A stretch of 50,893 nucleotides of DNA from an uncultured bacterium (GCA_965603295.1 CBFDCL010000003.1:1-50893); one strand, 5' to 3'; shown: positions 38,199 to 48,241, numbered from the stretch's first letter. Numbers and translations are program-made. Notes: a model not told the origin generated them from the letters alone.

Positions 38199-38340
38199 TA
38201 GAGTTTGAGAGTTTGAAAGTTTGAGAGTTTGAGAGTTTGAAAGTTTGAGAGTTTGGAGTTGCGGTTTTTACATCAGTGCACTCGTGCACCGGTGCACATG
38301 TGCACTTTACCAATTCTGAGATTTGAGATCTGAGACTGAA
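38199..38340. repeat. Composite tandem-repeat element, second copy of the element at about 22585-22770
   Basis: (TTTGARAG)x7, GCGGTTTTTACA, (GTGCACNN)x4, CAATTCTGAGATTTGAGATCTGAGA. Confidence 0.85.
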
Positions 38341-38363
38341 AGATTAGATATGGGTTTCAATGA

Positions 38364-39641
38364 TCACTCATGATCTTTCTGGCATTCCAGCCGGGCGGTT
38401 TCCACGCGCACCCTTTTTATCTGCTTTTCATCGGAACTCAGCACGGTGAACTTGAGTTTCCCCATAACCACTGTCTCTCCGACAGCGGGGACCTTCCCTG
38501 TGATCTCCATGATGAGACCGCCAACGGTTTTGGATGGCACCTGGGCTGTCCAGCCCGGGAAGATCCTCCCGAGGTCGTCGAGGGGCGTGCGTCCTGAAGC
38601 CTCCAGAGCCCCTGAGGGGAGTTTTTTCATCATGACGACCTCACGGTCATACTCATCCTGAATGTCCCCCACAAGCTCTTCAAGGACATCCTCCAGGGTA
38701 ATGATGCCTTCTGTCCCTCCGAACTCGTCCACAACGATTGCGAGGTGGATCCGCCTTTTCTGGAACTCCCTGATCACCTGCCCCAACTGGGCGCTCTCCG
38801 GAACGAAATAGGGAGGGTGAAGGTTGTCCACCAGATGGAACTCCTCCGGTTCGTTTTCCTTGTTCACCAAAAGGTCTTTAACGTGGAAAATCCCCGCCAT
38901 TTCATCCAGGTTCTCCCTGTACACGGGAAGGCGGCTGTGACCACTTCTGTCCGCCAAATCGATGATCCCGCCAAGATCCTCGCAAAGTTCAAGAGCCACC
39001 ATTTGCGTCCTCGGTACCATGGCATCCTTGACCGTCTTGTGCTGAAAGCGGATAACCCTGTCGATCAGGTGAGCGGGGTATCGGTCAATTCCCCCTTCCT
39101 GGGCGCTCAGGGCAACGAGGATCTGAAGTTCATCCGCCTGGATCGTCGCAAAATCCTCATCCGGGTCGCCACCGGTCAAACGGATAAGAACATGCGTTAT
39201 GCCCATGAAGATGCGGGTCAGGGGCCAGGTGAGGTAATAGAAAACAGCCAGGGACCAGGCGGCCACGATCACGAACCGCTCCGCGTATTTCCTGGCCACC
39301 ACTTTGGGGGTGATCTCCCCGAAAATGAGGATGAAAAGGGTCATGAGCCCCACCGCCACGGCGATTCCCCTGCTGGCAAATACTTTAGTGGCGATACTGG
39401 TTGCCAGGGCGGAGGCGAAGATGTTGACGAGGTTGTTGCCGATGAGGATGGAGATCAGCAGGGCACTGGGGTTTTCGACCCAGATTCTAAGCGGGTCCGG
39501 TTTCCGGTCCCTCGTCTGGATCAACGCATGAAATTTGGCTTTTGACAGGCTGACAAAGGCCGTCTCAGACCCCGAGAAGAAACCCGAAAGGACCAGGCAT
39601 GTCAATATGGTGACCCACTCCCAGGTGGGGACGCTTTCCAT
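38364..39641 (-). CDS. CNNM/CorC-HlyC family membrane protein (DUF21 + CBS + CorC)
   Basis: SGFFSGSETA, ILIGNNLVN, FGEITPK, HSRLPVY, VVDEFGG.EGIITLEDVLEELVG. Confidence 0.93.
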   Translation of the reverse strand: MESVPTWEWVTILTCLVLSGFFSGSETAFVSLSKAKFHALIQTRDRKPDPLRIWVENPSALLISILIGNNLVNIFASALATSIATKVFASRGIAVAVGLMTLFILIFGEITPKVVARKYAERFVIVAAWSLAVFYYLTWPLTRIFMGITHVLIRLTGGDPDEDFATIQADELQILVALSAQEGGIDRYPAHLIDRVIRFQHKTVKDAMVPRTQMVALELCEDLGGIIDLADRSGHSRLPVYRENLDEMAGIFHVKDLLVNKENEPEEFHLVDNLHPPYFVPESAQLGQVIREFQKRRIHLAIVVDEFGGTEGIITLEDVLEELVGDIQDEYDREVVMMKKLPSGALEASGRTPLDDLGRIFPGWTAQVPSKTVGGLIMEITGKVPAVGETVVMGKLKFTVLSSDEKQIKRVRVETARLECQKDHE

Positions 39642-39668
39642 TTCCGTTTACTGTATCACCGTGGACCT

Positions 39669-40436
39669 TTAGGAAAACTCCTCCGGCTCGACGTAGGAGA
39701 TGTACGGTTCCTTCCTAGCCTTTTGCTCCTCGCAATAAAGGTGTACCTTCTCCACGGCCTCATTGGGATCGTCCGTCATGGTGAGGAGACCCAGTTCCTC
39801 CTCCGTCAGATACCCGTCCTTGACCATCCGATTTTCAAGCCACCCGAAAAGACCCCCCCAATAGGATGTGTCGAAAAGGATGATGGGAAACTTCTGCATT
39901 TTTCCGGTCTGTTTGAGGGTCAGGGATTCGAACAGTTCATCCATCGTTCCGAAGCCGCCCGGGAGCACGACAAGGGCCCTCGCGTATTTCACGAACATCA
40001 CTTTCCGGATAAAAAAGTATCGGAAATCCACCTGGATATTGGCATATTTATTGGGCTTTTGCTCCCTGGGAAGGGTGATGTTCAGACCCACGGAGGTCCC
40101 TCCCGCCTCGAAGGCCCCCCTGTTGACCCCCTCCATGACCCCGGGGCCCCCACCGGTGATAACAGCATACCCTTTTTCCACGAACAGCTTTCCGATCCTC
40201 CTGGCTGTTTTGTAAAGGTCGTCCTGCGGTTTGCACCGGGCGCTGCCGAAAACGGTCACCGCGTCCGGGATTCCGGACATGGCCTCCATTCCGCCCACCA
40301 TCTCGGCCATCATCCGGAAGATCCGCCGGTTGTCCAACTGCTCCTGATGGAGTTTAAACAGAATCGGATTGACCTCCCGGGACACAACCTCTTCCAGCAG
40401 GCAGCTGATAATTTTTCTCGTGTCGCTGTCGCTCAC
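39669..40436 (-). CDS. LOG-family nucleotide monophosphate nucleosidase
   Basis: VTVFGSAR, ITGGGPGVMEG, FFIRKVMF, PGGFGTMDELFE. Confidence 0.93.
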   Translation of the reverse strand: MSDSDTRKIISCLLEEVVSREVNPILFKLHQEQLDNRRIFRMMAEMVGGMEAMSGIPDAVTVFGSARCKPQDDLYKTARRIGKLFVEKGYAVITGGGPGVMEGVNRGAFEAGGTSVGLNITLPREQKPNKYANIQVDFRYFFIRKVMFVKYARALVVLPGGFGTMDELFESLTLKQTGKMQKFPIILFDTSYWGGLFGWLENRMVKDGYLTEEELGLLTMTDDPNEAVEKVHLYCEEQKARKEPYISYVEPEEFS

Positions 40437-40775
40437 CTAAAACTCCTTTCGCGTCCCCCCCCGAAGAACTCCTGTTTAACAGAAGGGACGAGGGCGGTCA
40501 AATGAGAGAAAGAGAATTTAGGATTGAGAGTTGAGGATTGAGAATTAGAACCTCCGATATCGCAAGCTGTTTCCCTTGAGGGAAGATTTTCAGGATATTA
40601 GGAAAGGGATTTTTCGGGAATATTTCTCAACTTTCAAGTCTCAATTCTCAATTTATCTATTTCAAACTTTTATTCCCCTTTCTCCGTGGTTATGTTAACT
40701 AACTGGACTCCGAAGGAAAAACGCCCGTTAGAGGGTCCGAACGCGATGGCATTCCCGGGAGGAGGAGGAAACGAG

Positions 40776-41903
40776 TTGACGCAGACCGGCAACCCGACAA
40801 GGGAAAAAACAAGGCCGGAAAAAGTGTACGAGCCGAAGTGGCTCGCCTGGGAGATCACGGGCCGATGCAATCTCAACTGTATCCACTGCCGCTCATCGTC
40901 CACCATGGGCTCCGATCAGGGAGATTTCACCCTGGCCGAGGCCAAGGCACTGATCGATGACATCACATCCTTCGCCCACCCGGTGGTTGTCCTGTCCGGA
41001 GGGGAACCTCTCCTGCGCGAGGACGTCTTTGATATCGCGGCTTACGGGACGGAAAAGGGACTTCGGATGGCCCTGGCCACGAACGGTTCTCTGGTGGACG
41101 ACACCATCTGCTCCCGAATCAAGGAATCGGGCATCCGGATCGTCTCTTTGAGCCTGGACGGTTCAACAGCTGGTATTCACGATGACTTTCGTAAGGAGCC
41201 GGGGGCTTTTGACAGCGTCATGAGGGCCGCCGAGCACTTTCGCAGGAACGACATCGAATTTCTCATCAACTCTTCCTTCACACGGCGGAATCAGGATGAC
41301 ATTCCTAACGTTTACAGCCTGGCCAAGGAGATTGGTGCTGTCGCCTGGTACATGTTCATGATCGTCCCCATGGGCCGCGGGGAGGAACTCATGGCCGAAC
41401 TCATCTCCAAAGAGGATTATGACGAGATCCTCAAATGGCATTTCGATATGGAACTGGGGGAGACAGAAATGCTGGTTCGCCCCACATGCGCCCCCCATTA
41501 CTATCGCATCGTCCAACAGGAAGCCGAAGCCAGGGGGATCGATTTTACCCGCAGGAACCTCAAATTCGGCACGGGTGGATCAAAAGGGTGTATCGCCGCC
41601 CAATCCATTGCCTTTATCGGGAGCAAGGGCGATGTGCAGCCGTGCAGCTACTTTCCCCAGGCGGCCGGAAACGTCAGGGAACAGCGCTTTCAGGACATTT
41701 GGGAAAACAGCCCCATATTCCGTGACATCAGGAACTTCAAGGAATACAAGGGGCGTTGCGGTTCATGCGAATACCTTGGGGTTTGCGGCGGGTGCAGGGC
41801 CCGGGCCTACGCCGTTTCCGGGGATTACATGGAGGAGGAACCCTTCTGCAGCCACATCCCGAAGAAGATCCTCCGGCAAACGGAAAAGGAGGATACGGCC
41901 TAA
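40776..41903 (+). CDS. ahbD: Radical SAM/SPASM protein, AhbD-like coproheme decarboxylase
   Basis: [35 protein letters not shown]...[21 protein letters not shown]. Coupled to hemE. TTG start chosen after GGAGGAGG. Confidence 0.75.
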   Translation: MTQTGNPTREKTRPEKVYEPKWLAWEITGRCNLNCIHCRSSSTMGSDQGDFTLAEAKALIDDITSFAHPVVVLSGGEPLLREDVFDIAAYGTEKGLRMALATNGSLVDDTICSRIKESGIRIVSLSLDGSTAGIHDDFRKEPGAFDSVMRAAEHFRRNDIEFLINSSFTRRNQDDIPNVYSLAKEIGAVAWYMFMIVPMGRGEELMAELISKEDYDEILKWHFDMELGETEMLVRPTCAPHYYRIVQQEAEARGIDFTRRNLKFGTGGSKGCIAAQSIAFIGSKGDVQPCSYFPQAAGNVREQRFQDIWENSPIFRDIRNFKEYKGRCGSCEYLGVCGGCRARAYAVSGDYMEEEPFCSHIPKKILRQTEKEDTA

Positions 41904-42928
41904 TGATCATTTATCCCTACATAGAAACCTGCTTCCGACGGCCCACATCCCACACTCCCATCTGGATCATGCGCCAGGCAGGGCGATATATGCCCCAATA
42001 TCAGAAGGTACGCGGGCAGGTGGATTTCCTGACCCTCTGCAAAACCCCCGACCTCGCCACCAAAGTGACCCTCCTTCCCATTGACCTGCTCGGGGTCGAC
42101 GCAGCGATCCTTTTTTCTGACATTCTGATCCCTCTCGAGCCCATGGGGATCTCCGTAGCCTTCGAGGATAAAGTCGGCCCCGTACTAAGTGCCGTCAGAG
42201 ACGAAAAAGCGATTCGGAGCCTTCGGGGTATCGAACCGGGCGAGGATGTTCCGTTTGTTCTCGATGCCATCGCCATGATCCGCAAAGAGCTTGAAGGGAG
42301 GGTCCCTCTCATCGGTTTTTCCGGCTCCCCCTTCACTTTGGCCACCTACGCGGTGGAAGGTGGGACCTCCAAAAGCTTCCACCATATCAAGGGCCTGCTC
42401 TATTCCCGGCCCGAACTTGCCGACGAACTTATGGACAAACTGGCCGAAGTGGTCATCTCCTACCTGAACGCCCAGATCCAGGCGGGAGCCCAGGCGGTCC
42501 AGATCTTTGACACCTGGGGAGGGATCCTTGCCGACGAGGAATACGAGCGGTTTTCCCTTGCCCCCGTCAGGAAGGTCCTATCCGGGCTCAAACGCGACGG
42601 GGTACCCGTGATCTACTACCTGAACAACGGCTCCTATCTTGCCCACCACATGGAGAGCCTCGACGCGGACGTCATCGGTATCGACTGGAGGCAGGACATC
42701 AGGACCGCCCGCCGGACATTCGGACAACAAAAGGGCGTCCAGGGAAACCTCGATCCTACCGTTTTGTTCGCCGCCCGGGACGAGATCATCAGAAGGGCTC
42801 ATCGTCTCATGGACGAGGCGGGACCTGAACCGGGCTACATCTTCAACCTCGGCCACGGCATCCTTCCCCAGACCCCCATGGAGAATGCCATCGCCCTGGT
42901 CGAATCTGTTCACACATACGAGCGCTGA
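41903..42928 (+). CDS. hemE: Uroporphyrinogen decarboxylase
   Basis: PIWIMRQAGRYMP, DAAILFSDIL, QIFDTW, QGNLDP, FNLGHGI; TAATG overlap with the upstream gene. Confidence 0.97.
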   Translation: MIIYPYIETCFRRPTSHTPIWIMRQAGRYMPQYQKVRGQVDFLTLCKTPDLATKVTLLPIDLLGVDAAILFSDILIPLEPMGISVAFEDKVGPVLSAVRDEKAIRSLRGIEPGEDVPFVLDAIAMIRKELEGRVPLIGFSGSPFTLATYAVEGGTSKSFHHIKGLLYSRPELADELMDKLAEVVISYLNAQIQAGAQAVQIFDTWGGILADEEYERFSLAPVRKVLSGLKRDGVPVIYYLNNGSYLAHHMESLDADVIGIDWRQDIRTARRTFGQQKGVQGNLDPTVLFAARDEIIRRAHRLMDEAGPEPGYIFNLGHGILPQTPMENAIALVESVHTYER

Positions 42929-42931
42929 TCC

Positions 42932-43897
42932 GTGGAACCCACGGGAGGAAAAACCGCGGTTCTTCTCCTGAACATGGGGGGTCCTGACTCCCTCGATGCG
43001 GTCCGGCCTTTCCTGAAAAACCTGTTTTCCGATCCGGCCATCCTTGGCATGCCGGGTATTTTTCGACGGCCCCTGGCTTCATTTCTTTCTTCCCGCCGGG
43101 CACGAAAAGTCCGGCCGCGGTATGAACTCATCGGGGGCCGCAGCCCCATCGCTGATATCACCCGGCACCAGGCTCAGGCGCTCGCGCAAATTCTGGGATC
43201 TGATTTCGGCCCGATCCTGCCTGCTTTTTCCTATTGGCACCCCTTTATTTCCGAATCCGTCACTCTCGCTCAAGAGTCCGGGGCCGGCAATCTGGTGGCC
43301 CTTTCCCTTTACCCCCAATACTGTTCCGCCACTACTGGCACCTGCTTAGAGGATCTTTCCATGGCCCTCACCGGTACGGTCTTTGAGCCAGCCCTCACTA
43401 TCATCGACACCTGGCCGGATCATCCCGCCTACCTCGACGCCTTAGCGGCCACGGCCACAGAAGCCCTGGAGCGGGTCCCTCTTGAAGCAAGGGATGAAAC
43501 CGTTGTTCTGTTTTCGGCGCACGGAATCCCCGCTTCCCTGGTTCGAAAAGGGGATCCGTACCTCGATGAGACCCACCGCACGGTGGAGGGGGTATCCCGG
43601 AGGCTCGGGGACCGGCCCTGCGAACTGGCCTTTCAGAGCCGCTTGGGGCCGGTGAAGTGGTTAGAGCCCTCCCTTCCCGGCATGCTCAGGACACTGTCCG
43701 CGAAAGGAGCGCCGCCCCTTGTCCTGGTTCCCGTTTCCTTCGTTTCCGATCATATTGAAACGTTGTTCGAGCTGGACATTCAGCACCGTCAGACCGCCAA
43801 AGAACTGGGTTTCACTATTTACGAAAGGGCCCCTGCTCTTAATACGAGGCCGGATTTCATTGAAACGTTAGCCCAGCTTGTACGAACACCGCATTGA
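42932..43897 (+). CDS. hemH: Ferrochelatase
   Basis: LLNMGGP, IGGRSP, LYPQY, FSAHGIP, FQSRLGP.KWLEP, FVSDHIETL.E.D. Confidence 0.96.
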   Translation: MEPTGGKTAVLLLNMGGPDSLDAVRPFLKNLFSDPAILGMPGIFRRPLASFLSSRRARKVRPRYELIGGRSPIADITRHQAQALAQILGSDFGPILPAFSYWHPFISESVTLAQESGAGNLVALSLYPQYCSATTGTCLEDLSMALTGTVFEPALTIIDTWPDHPAYLDALAATATEALERVPLEARDETVVLFSAHGIPASLVRKGDPYLDETHRTVEGVSRRLGDRPCELAFQSRLGPVKWLEPSLPGMLRTLSAKGAPPLVLVPVSFVSDHIETLFELDIQHRQTAKELGFTIYERAPALNTRPDFIETLAQLVRTPH

Positions 43898-43991
43898 TTT
43901 CAAATTCCAAACCCTGACCAAAAACAAGATATTTTCCCTTTTTGAGGGGACTATTTTGAAATTTGAACTTTGAAATCTGAAATTTATCTCC

Positions 43992-44041
43992 TTGACATCT
44001 CCCTTTAGTTATCCTAATATTTTGATATCCAAATTATTAGG
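43992..44041 (+). promoter_or_regulatory. Sigma-70 promoter overlapped by a palindromic (MarR-type) operator
   Basis: TTGACA-17 bp-TAATAT; palindrome CCTAATA-T-TTTG-ATATC-CAAA-T-TATTAGG at 44013-44041. Confidence 0.7.
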
Positions 44042-44058
44042 TTGCCAAAGGAGCCGTC

Positions 44059-44508
44059 TTGTCCGACCCTATTTTTATCATTGCCCAGTTGTATCCCAGG
44101 CTCATGAGAGCCATGTCCCATCTTCGCGGCACCGTCGATGACACCCTCGATCTCACCTACAATCAGTACAAAGCCCTTTTGACCCTTTCCAACACCGGTC
44201 CATGCACCCTTAACTCCCTCAGCCAGGACCTTGACGTTGCCACCAGCTCCGCAAGTCAGATGGTGGAACGCCTTGTCACCATGGATCTTGTGGAAAGGAG
44301 TCAGGCCGACGGGGACCGCCGCAAGATCGTCCTCAAAACTTCCCCGCGGGGGGAAGGGCTCCTTGAAAAGATCAAGGAGAACATCGTAATGCGATACCAG
44401 AATCTGTTCCGGCACCTCGGCCCGGCCGAGCAGGCCAATTTGGCTGGTGCCATTCACACCCTCGTCCGAATCCTTGAAAAAGCCATTGAAGAAGAGAAGG
44501 AGAAATAA
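44059..44508 (+). CDS. MarR-family transcriptional regulator
   Basis: LTYNQY..L, SSASQMVERLV..DLVER....DRR; TTG start after AAAGGAG. Confidence 0.9.
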   Translation: MSDPIFIIAQLYPRLMRAMSHLRGTVDDTLDLTYNQYKALLTLSNTGPCTLNSLSQDLDVATSSASQMVERLVTMDLVERSQADGDRRKIVLKTSPRGEGLLEKIKENIVMRYQNLFRHLGPAEQANLAGAIHTLVRILEKAIEEEKEK

Positions 44509-44510
44509 GC

Positions 44511-45926
44511 ATGTCATCGGATCTCAAGAAGATCGCTGTTATCGGGGGAGGTGTTTCAGGGCTCGCCGCAGCCTATTTCATCAGAAAGGAAGCCAAGGAG
44601 CAGGGCAGACAGGTGCAGGTAGACCTTTTCGAGCGGGAAAGCCGCCCCGGGGGCAAATTCGAGGCCCGGAAAGAACACGGATATCTGGTGGAAGGTGGCC
44701 CCAACGGTTTCCTCGACAGCAAACCCTGGACCCTGGACCTGGTTCGGGAGCTGGGCATGGAGGATCGTCTACTTCCCAGCGACCAGGCCGCGGCCCGCAG
44801 GTTTATCTATTCGAACGGACGACTCCATGAGTTAAAGGCTTCAATCCTTTCCTTTTTCCTCAACGGACCTCTTTCTGTCAGGGGGCGAATGAGGATTATC
44901 GGCGAACTCTGGGCCCCCCCGACACCCAAAGGGGAGGACACCGCCCTCTCGGAGTTCGCCATCCGGAGAATGGGGAAAGAGGCCCTGGAAAAGCTGCTCG
45001 ATCCAATGGTTTCCGGGATTTTCGCGGGGGATCCGTACCGAATGAGCCTGCGGGCCTCCTTTCCCCGCATCGCCGAACTGGAAGACAACTACGGCGGACT
45101 GACAAAAGCCATGCTGAAAATCTCCTCCGAGAAGAAAAAAGCCAAAAAACGCGGGGAGGATGTGGGAACATCCTCCGGTCCTTCCGGCCCCGGAGGAGTA
45201 CTCACCACCTTCAAAACGGGGGTAAACGAATTAACGGACCGTCTGGGCCTTGAACTGGGCGACCGTTTTCACTCTGATGAAAAGGTCGGAGTTCTCCGGA
45301 AGGAGAAGGGCCTGTGGAAGGTGACTTCCGGCGGGGGGGATTATGTGGCCGACGCAGTTGTCCTCGCGACCCCCTCCGATGTCAGCGCGGGGATCCTGTC
45401 TGATACAGCACCCGATACGGCAGCGATCCTGAACCAGATACCATATTCACCGATGGCGGTGATCGGGCTCGGGTATGATCTGGCCGACCTGACCCCCCCT
45501 CCCAACGGTTTCGGGTATCTCATCCCTTCTGTTGAGAAGGTAAAACTTCTCGGAGCCCTGTGGGATACAAGTATCTTCCCGGGATTTCGGGCGGACAAGG
45601 ATCACTTCCTTATCCGGGCCATGGTGGGAGGGGCCAGGGATCACGAGACACCTTTTCTTCCGGACACCGATCTCCTGAATCTCATCCGGGAAAACCTTTC
45701 ACTAACGATGGGGCTAACCGCCACTCCCACCTACCAGACTGTTTTCCGATGGGAAAAGGCTATTCCCCTTTACACGGTGGGGCACCTGGAAAGGCTGGAG
45801 GAAGCCGAGGCAAAGCTTCCGGACGGGATCATCCTGACGGGCAATGCATACCGTGGGGTCGGGATCAACGATTGCGTACGGGACGCCGAGTCTGCGGCGA
45901 AAAACGCAATTAGAACTCTGAATTAA
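44511..45926 (+). CDS. hemY: HemY-type copro-/protoporphyrinogen oxidase
   Basis: IGGGVSGLAAA, EGGPNGF, GIFAGDP..MS, GFGYL, AIPLY.VGH, GNAYRGVGINDCV. Confidence 0.95.
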   Translation: MSSDLKKIAVIGGGVSGLAAAYFIRKEAKEQGRQVQVDLFERESRPGGKFEARKEHGYLVEGGPNGFLDSKPWTLDLVRELGMEDRLLPSDQAAARRFIYSNGRLHELKASILSFFLNGPLSVRGRMRIIGELWAPPTPKGEDTALSEFAIRRMGKEALEKLLDPMVSGIFAGDPYRMSLRASFPRIAELEDNYGGLTKAMLKISSEKKKAKKRGEDVGTSSGPSGPGGVLTTFKTGVNELTDRLGLELGDRFHSDEKVGVLRKEKGLWKVTSGGGDYVADAVVLATPSDVSAGILSDTAPDTAAILNQIPYSPMAVIGLGYDLADLTPPPNGFGYLIPSVEKVKLLGALWDTSIFPGFRADKDHFLIRAMVGGARDHETPFLPDTDLLNLIRENLSLTMGLTATPTYQTVFRWEKAIPLYTVGHLERLEEAEAKLPDGIILTGNAYRGVGINDCVRDAESAAKNAIRTLN

Positions 45927-46032
45927 CCATAGCACGGGAACATTCACGAGGGGGAAGACACGCACGCTTTGGCCCCGGCAACACGCACTTCCGTGTCCCT
46001 TTGTACCCGTGTCGCAACACGTTCAGGAAGAC

Positions 46033-46749
46033 TCACCCCGATTTACTGTCTGACATCGCCTCCTGAACGTATTGCTTTATTTTCCCGCCCGTTCTCGCAT
46101 CAATCCTGGTGAACCTTACCCCATGAAGGTATTGGCCATAAGCATCCTCGATGTGAACCACTGAGGCTTCGACAATTAACTCGTCCGATTGTTGGGGGAG
46201 AGAAAACCTCAATTCCAGGACCTCTTCCTTTTCTCTCATCCCTTCCAGGAGAAGACCGGCACCCTCTTCACCAATCTCTACGATCTTTCCCACGGCAGCC
46301 TTTTCGCCTGAGCCCGCTTCCGCGACCACATCGCAGGGGGCTCGATTGGATGCACGGGGGGGAAGATCAAGCAGCGAATGCACTTTCTGGCGCAAGAGCC
46401 CGGAATTTACCGGTTTGTGAAGGAACTCGTCGCACCCGGCGCCAAGGACGTCAGCCACAGCCCCGATATCGTCCCTGTCTATCAGAGCGATGATGGGAAG
46501 CTTTTTCGTCGTCGGCATATTTTTCACCTGGCAAACGAACGTCTTCATCTCTTCTTCCCCGACACCCATGTCCACAATCAGGAGGTCCGCTTTCGTGCCG
46601 TTATTCAGGGCGGCGAGGGCTTCCGGGCCCTCGGAGACGGACTTGACCCGGCAGTCACACACAGCGAGAGACCTCTCCATCTCCTGTGTTTTTCCCCAAG
46701 AGGAACCCAGAACAACCACCCTTTTTCCCCGGCCTGCAAACTCGGTCAT
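46033..46749 (-). CDS. Degenerate receiver plus PilZ domain protein
   Basis: DLLIVD, AGCDEFLHKP; RASNR, EIGEEG and HGVRF PilZ-like motifs; start set at MTEFAG. Confidence 0.8.
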   Translation of the reverse strand: MTEFAGRGKRVVVLGSSWGKTQEMERSLAVCDCRVKSVSEGPEALAALNNGTKADLLIVDMGVGEEEMKTFVCQVKNMPTTKKLPIIALIDRDDIGAVADVLGAGCDEFLHKPVNSGLLRQKVHSLLDLPPRASNRAPCDVVAEAGSGEKAAVGKIVEIGEEGAGLLLEGMREKEEVLELRFSLPQQSDELIVEASVVHIEDAYGQYLHGVRFTRIDARTGGKIKQYVQEAMSDSKSG

Positions 46750-46763
46750 CCCATTGTCCCCAA

Positions 46764-47408
46764 TCAGGAGCCGCCCGCGGGGCAAACCTCGTTCAGGGGA
46801 CAGGAGCTGCACCCCGGCTTTCGGGGCCTGCAGATTTCCCGCCCGAGTCGGATAAGGTTCAGGTGGACCTCCAGATAGTGCGGGGCGGCGAAAAAATTTC
46901 CCAGAACATTGTGCGCCTTCAGCCTGTCGGCCTTTTCCGGCAGCAGCCCCAGCCTGCCAGCCACACGGTGAATATGGGTGTCCACAGGGAATGCGGGGAG
47001 TCCGCAGGAAAAAAGAAGGACGCATGAGGCCGTTTTCGGGCCCACCCCTTTAATAGAGACGAGCGACCCAAAAGCCTCCCCCGGATCCATGGTACACAGA
47101 TCGGGAAAATTCTCCCTTCCGTCACTGTAAATCCGGGAGAGGAGGTTGCGGATGGTCTGGCTCCTCGTGGAAGCCAACCCCGCCGGAGCGATGATCCCCT
47201 CCAACTCCCCGGGGGCCGACGAAAGGATATCGACCCAGCGGGGAAAGTGATCCTTCAGGGCATCAAAGGCATAGTCCCGGTTCCGATCGTTGGTGTTCTG
47301 AGACAGGATCGTCTTAATCAGCTCGTCAAGAGGGGGGAGTTTTTCAGGAAGCGCAGGCATGCCAAACCGATCCCTGAGTTTCATCCTGATGGATTCCGGC
47401 GTCAACAT
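46764..47408 (-). CDS. nth: Endonuclease III / HhH-GPD DNA glycosylase
   Basis: TILSQNT, KGVGPKTA, FPVDTHIHRV, C.PRKP.C..CPL...C. Start at 47408 or 47417; the ORF-track extension runs into rnpB. Confidence 0.85.
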   Translation of the reverse strand: MLTPESIRMKLRDRFGMPALPEKLPPLDELIKTILSQNTNDRNRDYAFDALKDHFPRWVDILSSAPGELEGIIAPAGLASTRSQTIRNLLSRIYSDGRENFPDLCTMDPGEAFGSLVSIKGVGPKTASCVLLFSCGLPAFPVDTHIHRVAGRLGLLPEKADRLKAHNVLGNFFAAPHYLEVHLNLIRLGREICRPRKPGCSSCPLNEVCPAGGS

Positions 47409-47510
47409 GGTTATCATCCCTCCACCCCGGAAATACAGGAGCCGGGCTCCATCTTCCATTTCCCAAGGTTTCAGGTGAAAAGAGGGGGCCCGGCCCTTTC
47501 TGTTGATAAA

Positions 47511-47971
47511 GCGGAGCGGCCCTGTAAGCCGAGTTCTGTCCTCAACAGAGCCCCGGCGAAGAGCCCCGACCCTGTTGAAGGGTGACCATTCATCTGGGAC
47601 CACCGTTGCCGGCGGCCTCTTGCAGCCTACCCGGGAGCTTCGAGCGGGCCGCCCTCAAACGCTCCTCTATTTGGCCTTGCACCGGATGGGGTTTGCCAAG
47701 CTGCCGATGTCACCACCGGCCCTGGTGAGCTCTTACCTCACCCTTTCACCCTTACCCGCCTTCGTCGTGCTTTCGCACACCTTCGCAGTGATAAACCATG
47801 AATGGCCTGCCACGTCGAAGCTCAATGAGCGAAGACAGGCGGTCTGCTCTCTGTGGCACTTTCCCTGGGGTCACCCCCGGTCGGCGTTACCGACCATCCT
47901 GCCCTGCGGTGCTCGGACTTTCCTCCCGCCTTCGCCAAGGCTACGGCGGGCGGTCACCCGGGCCGCTCCAC
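47511..47971 (-). ncRNA. rnpB: RNase P RNA (type A), about 460 nt with an enlarged P12
   Basis: GAGGAAAGTCCGAGC, GGAAAGTGCCACAGAGA, GGTAAGGGTGAAAGGGTGAGGTAAGAGCTCACC, ACAGAACTCGGCTTAC; P1 formed by GGAGCGGCCC and GGGCCGCTCC. Confidence 0.96.
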
Positions 47972-48241
47972 AAAGTAATTTTAACTCAGTTTGGGAAGAG
48001 GGGAAAGGGTATGTGAAAAACTAGTTTGGGGTTTGAGGTTTAAAAAAATTTTGGATCTAGATTACAGCCTTATGCGAAGGAAAAACCTTTTGCTCTACCT
48101 GGTGTCTGGTGCCTGGAAAAAACCAGTTCCTGGATACAACCGCTTTTGGATCTTTCAACCTGATCGCTAAATCAGAAAAGAAGTTTGTCGTGTTTTACCC
48201 CCATTCAGACACTACACGTTTGGGCAACATGGCAACGGTTG

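Noticed and set aside
34990-40505. Long antisense ORFs 34990-36033, 36956-38014, 38745-39545 and 39723-40505
   Set aside because: They overlap well-supported minus-strand genes and show no recognisable domains.
47409-47603. N-terminal extension of nth, and ORFs 47503-48024 and 47798-48016
   Set aside because: They overlap the RNase P RNA gene, and a better RBS and start exist at 47408-47417.
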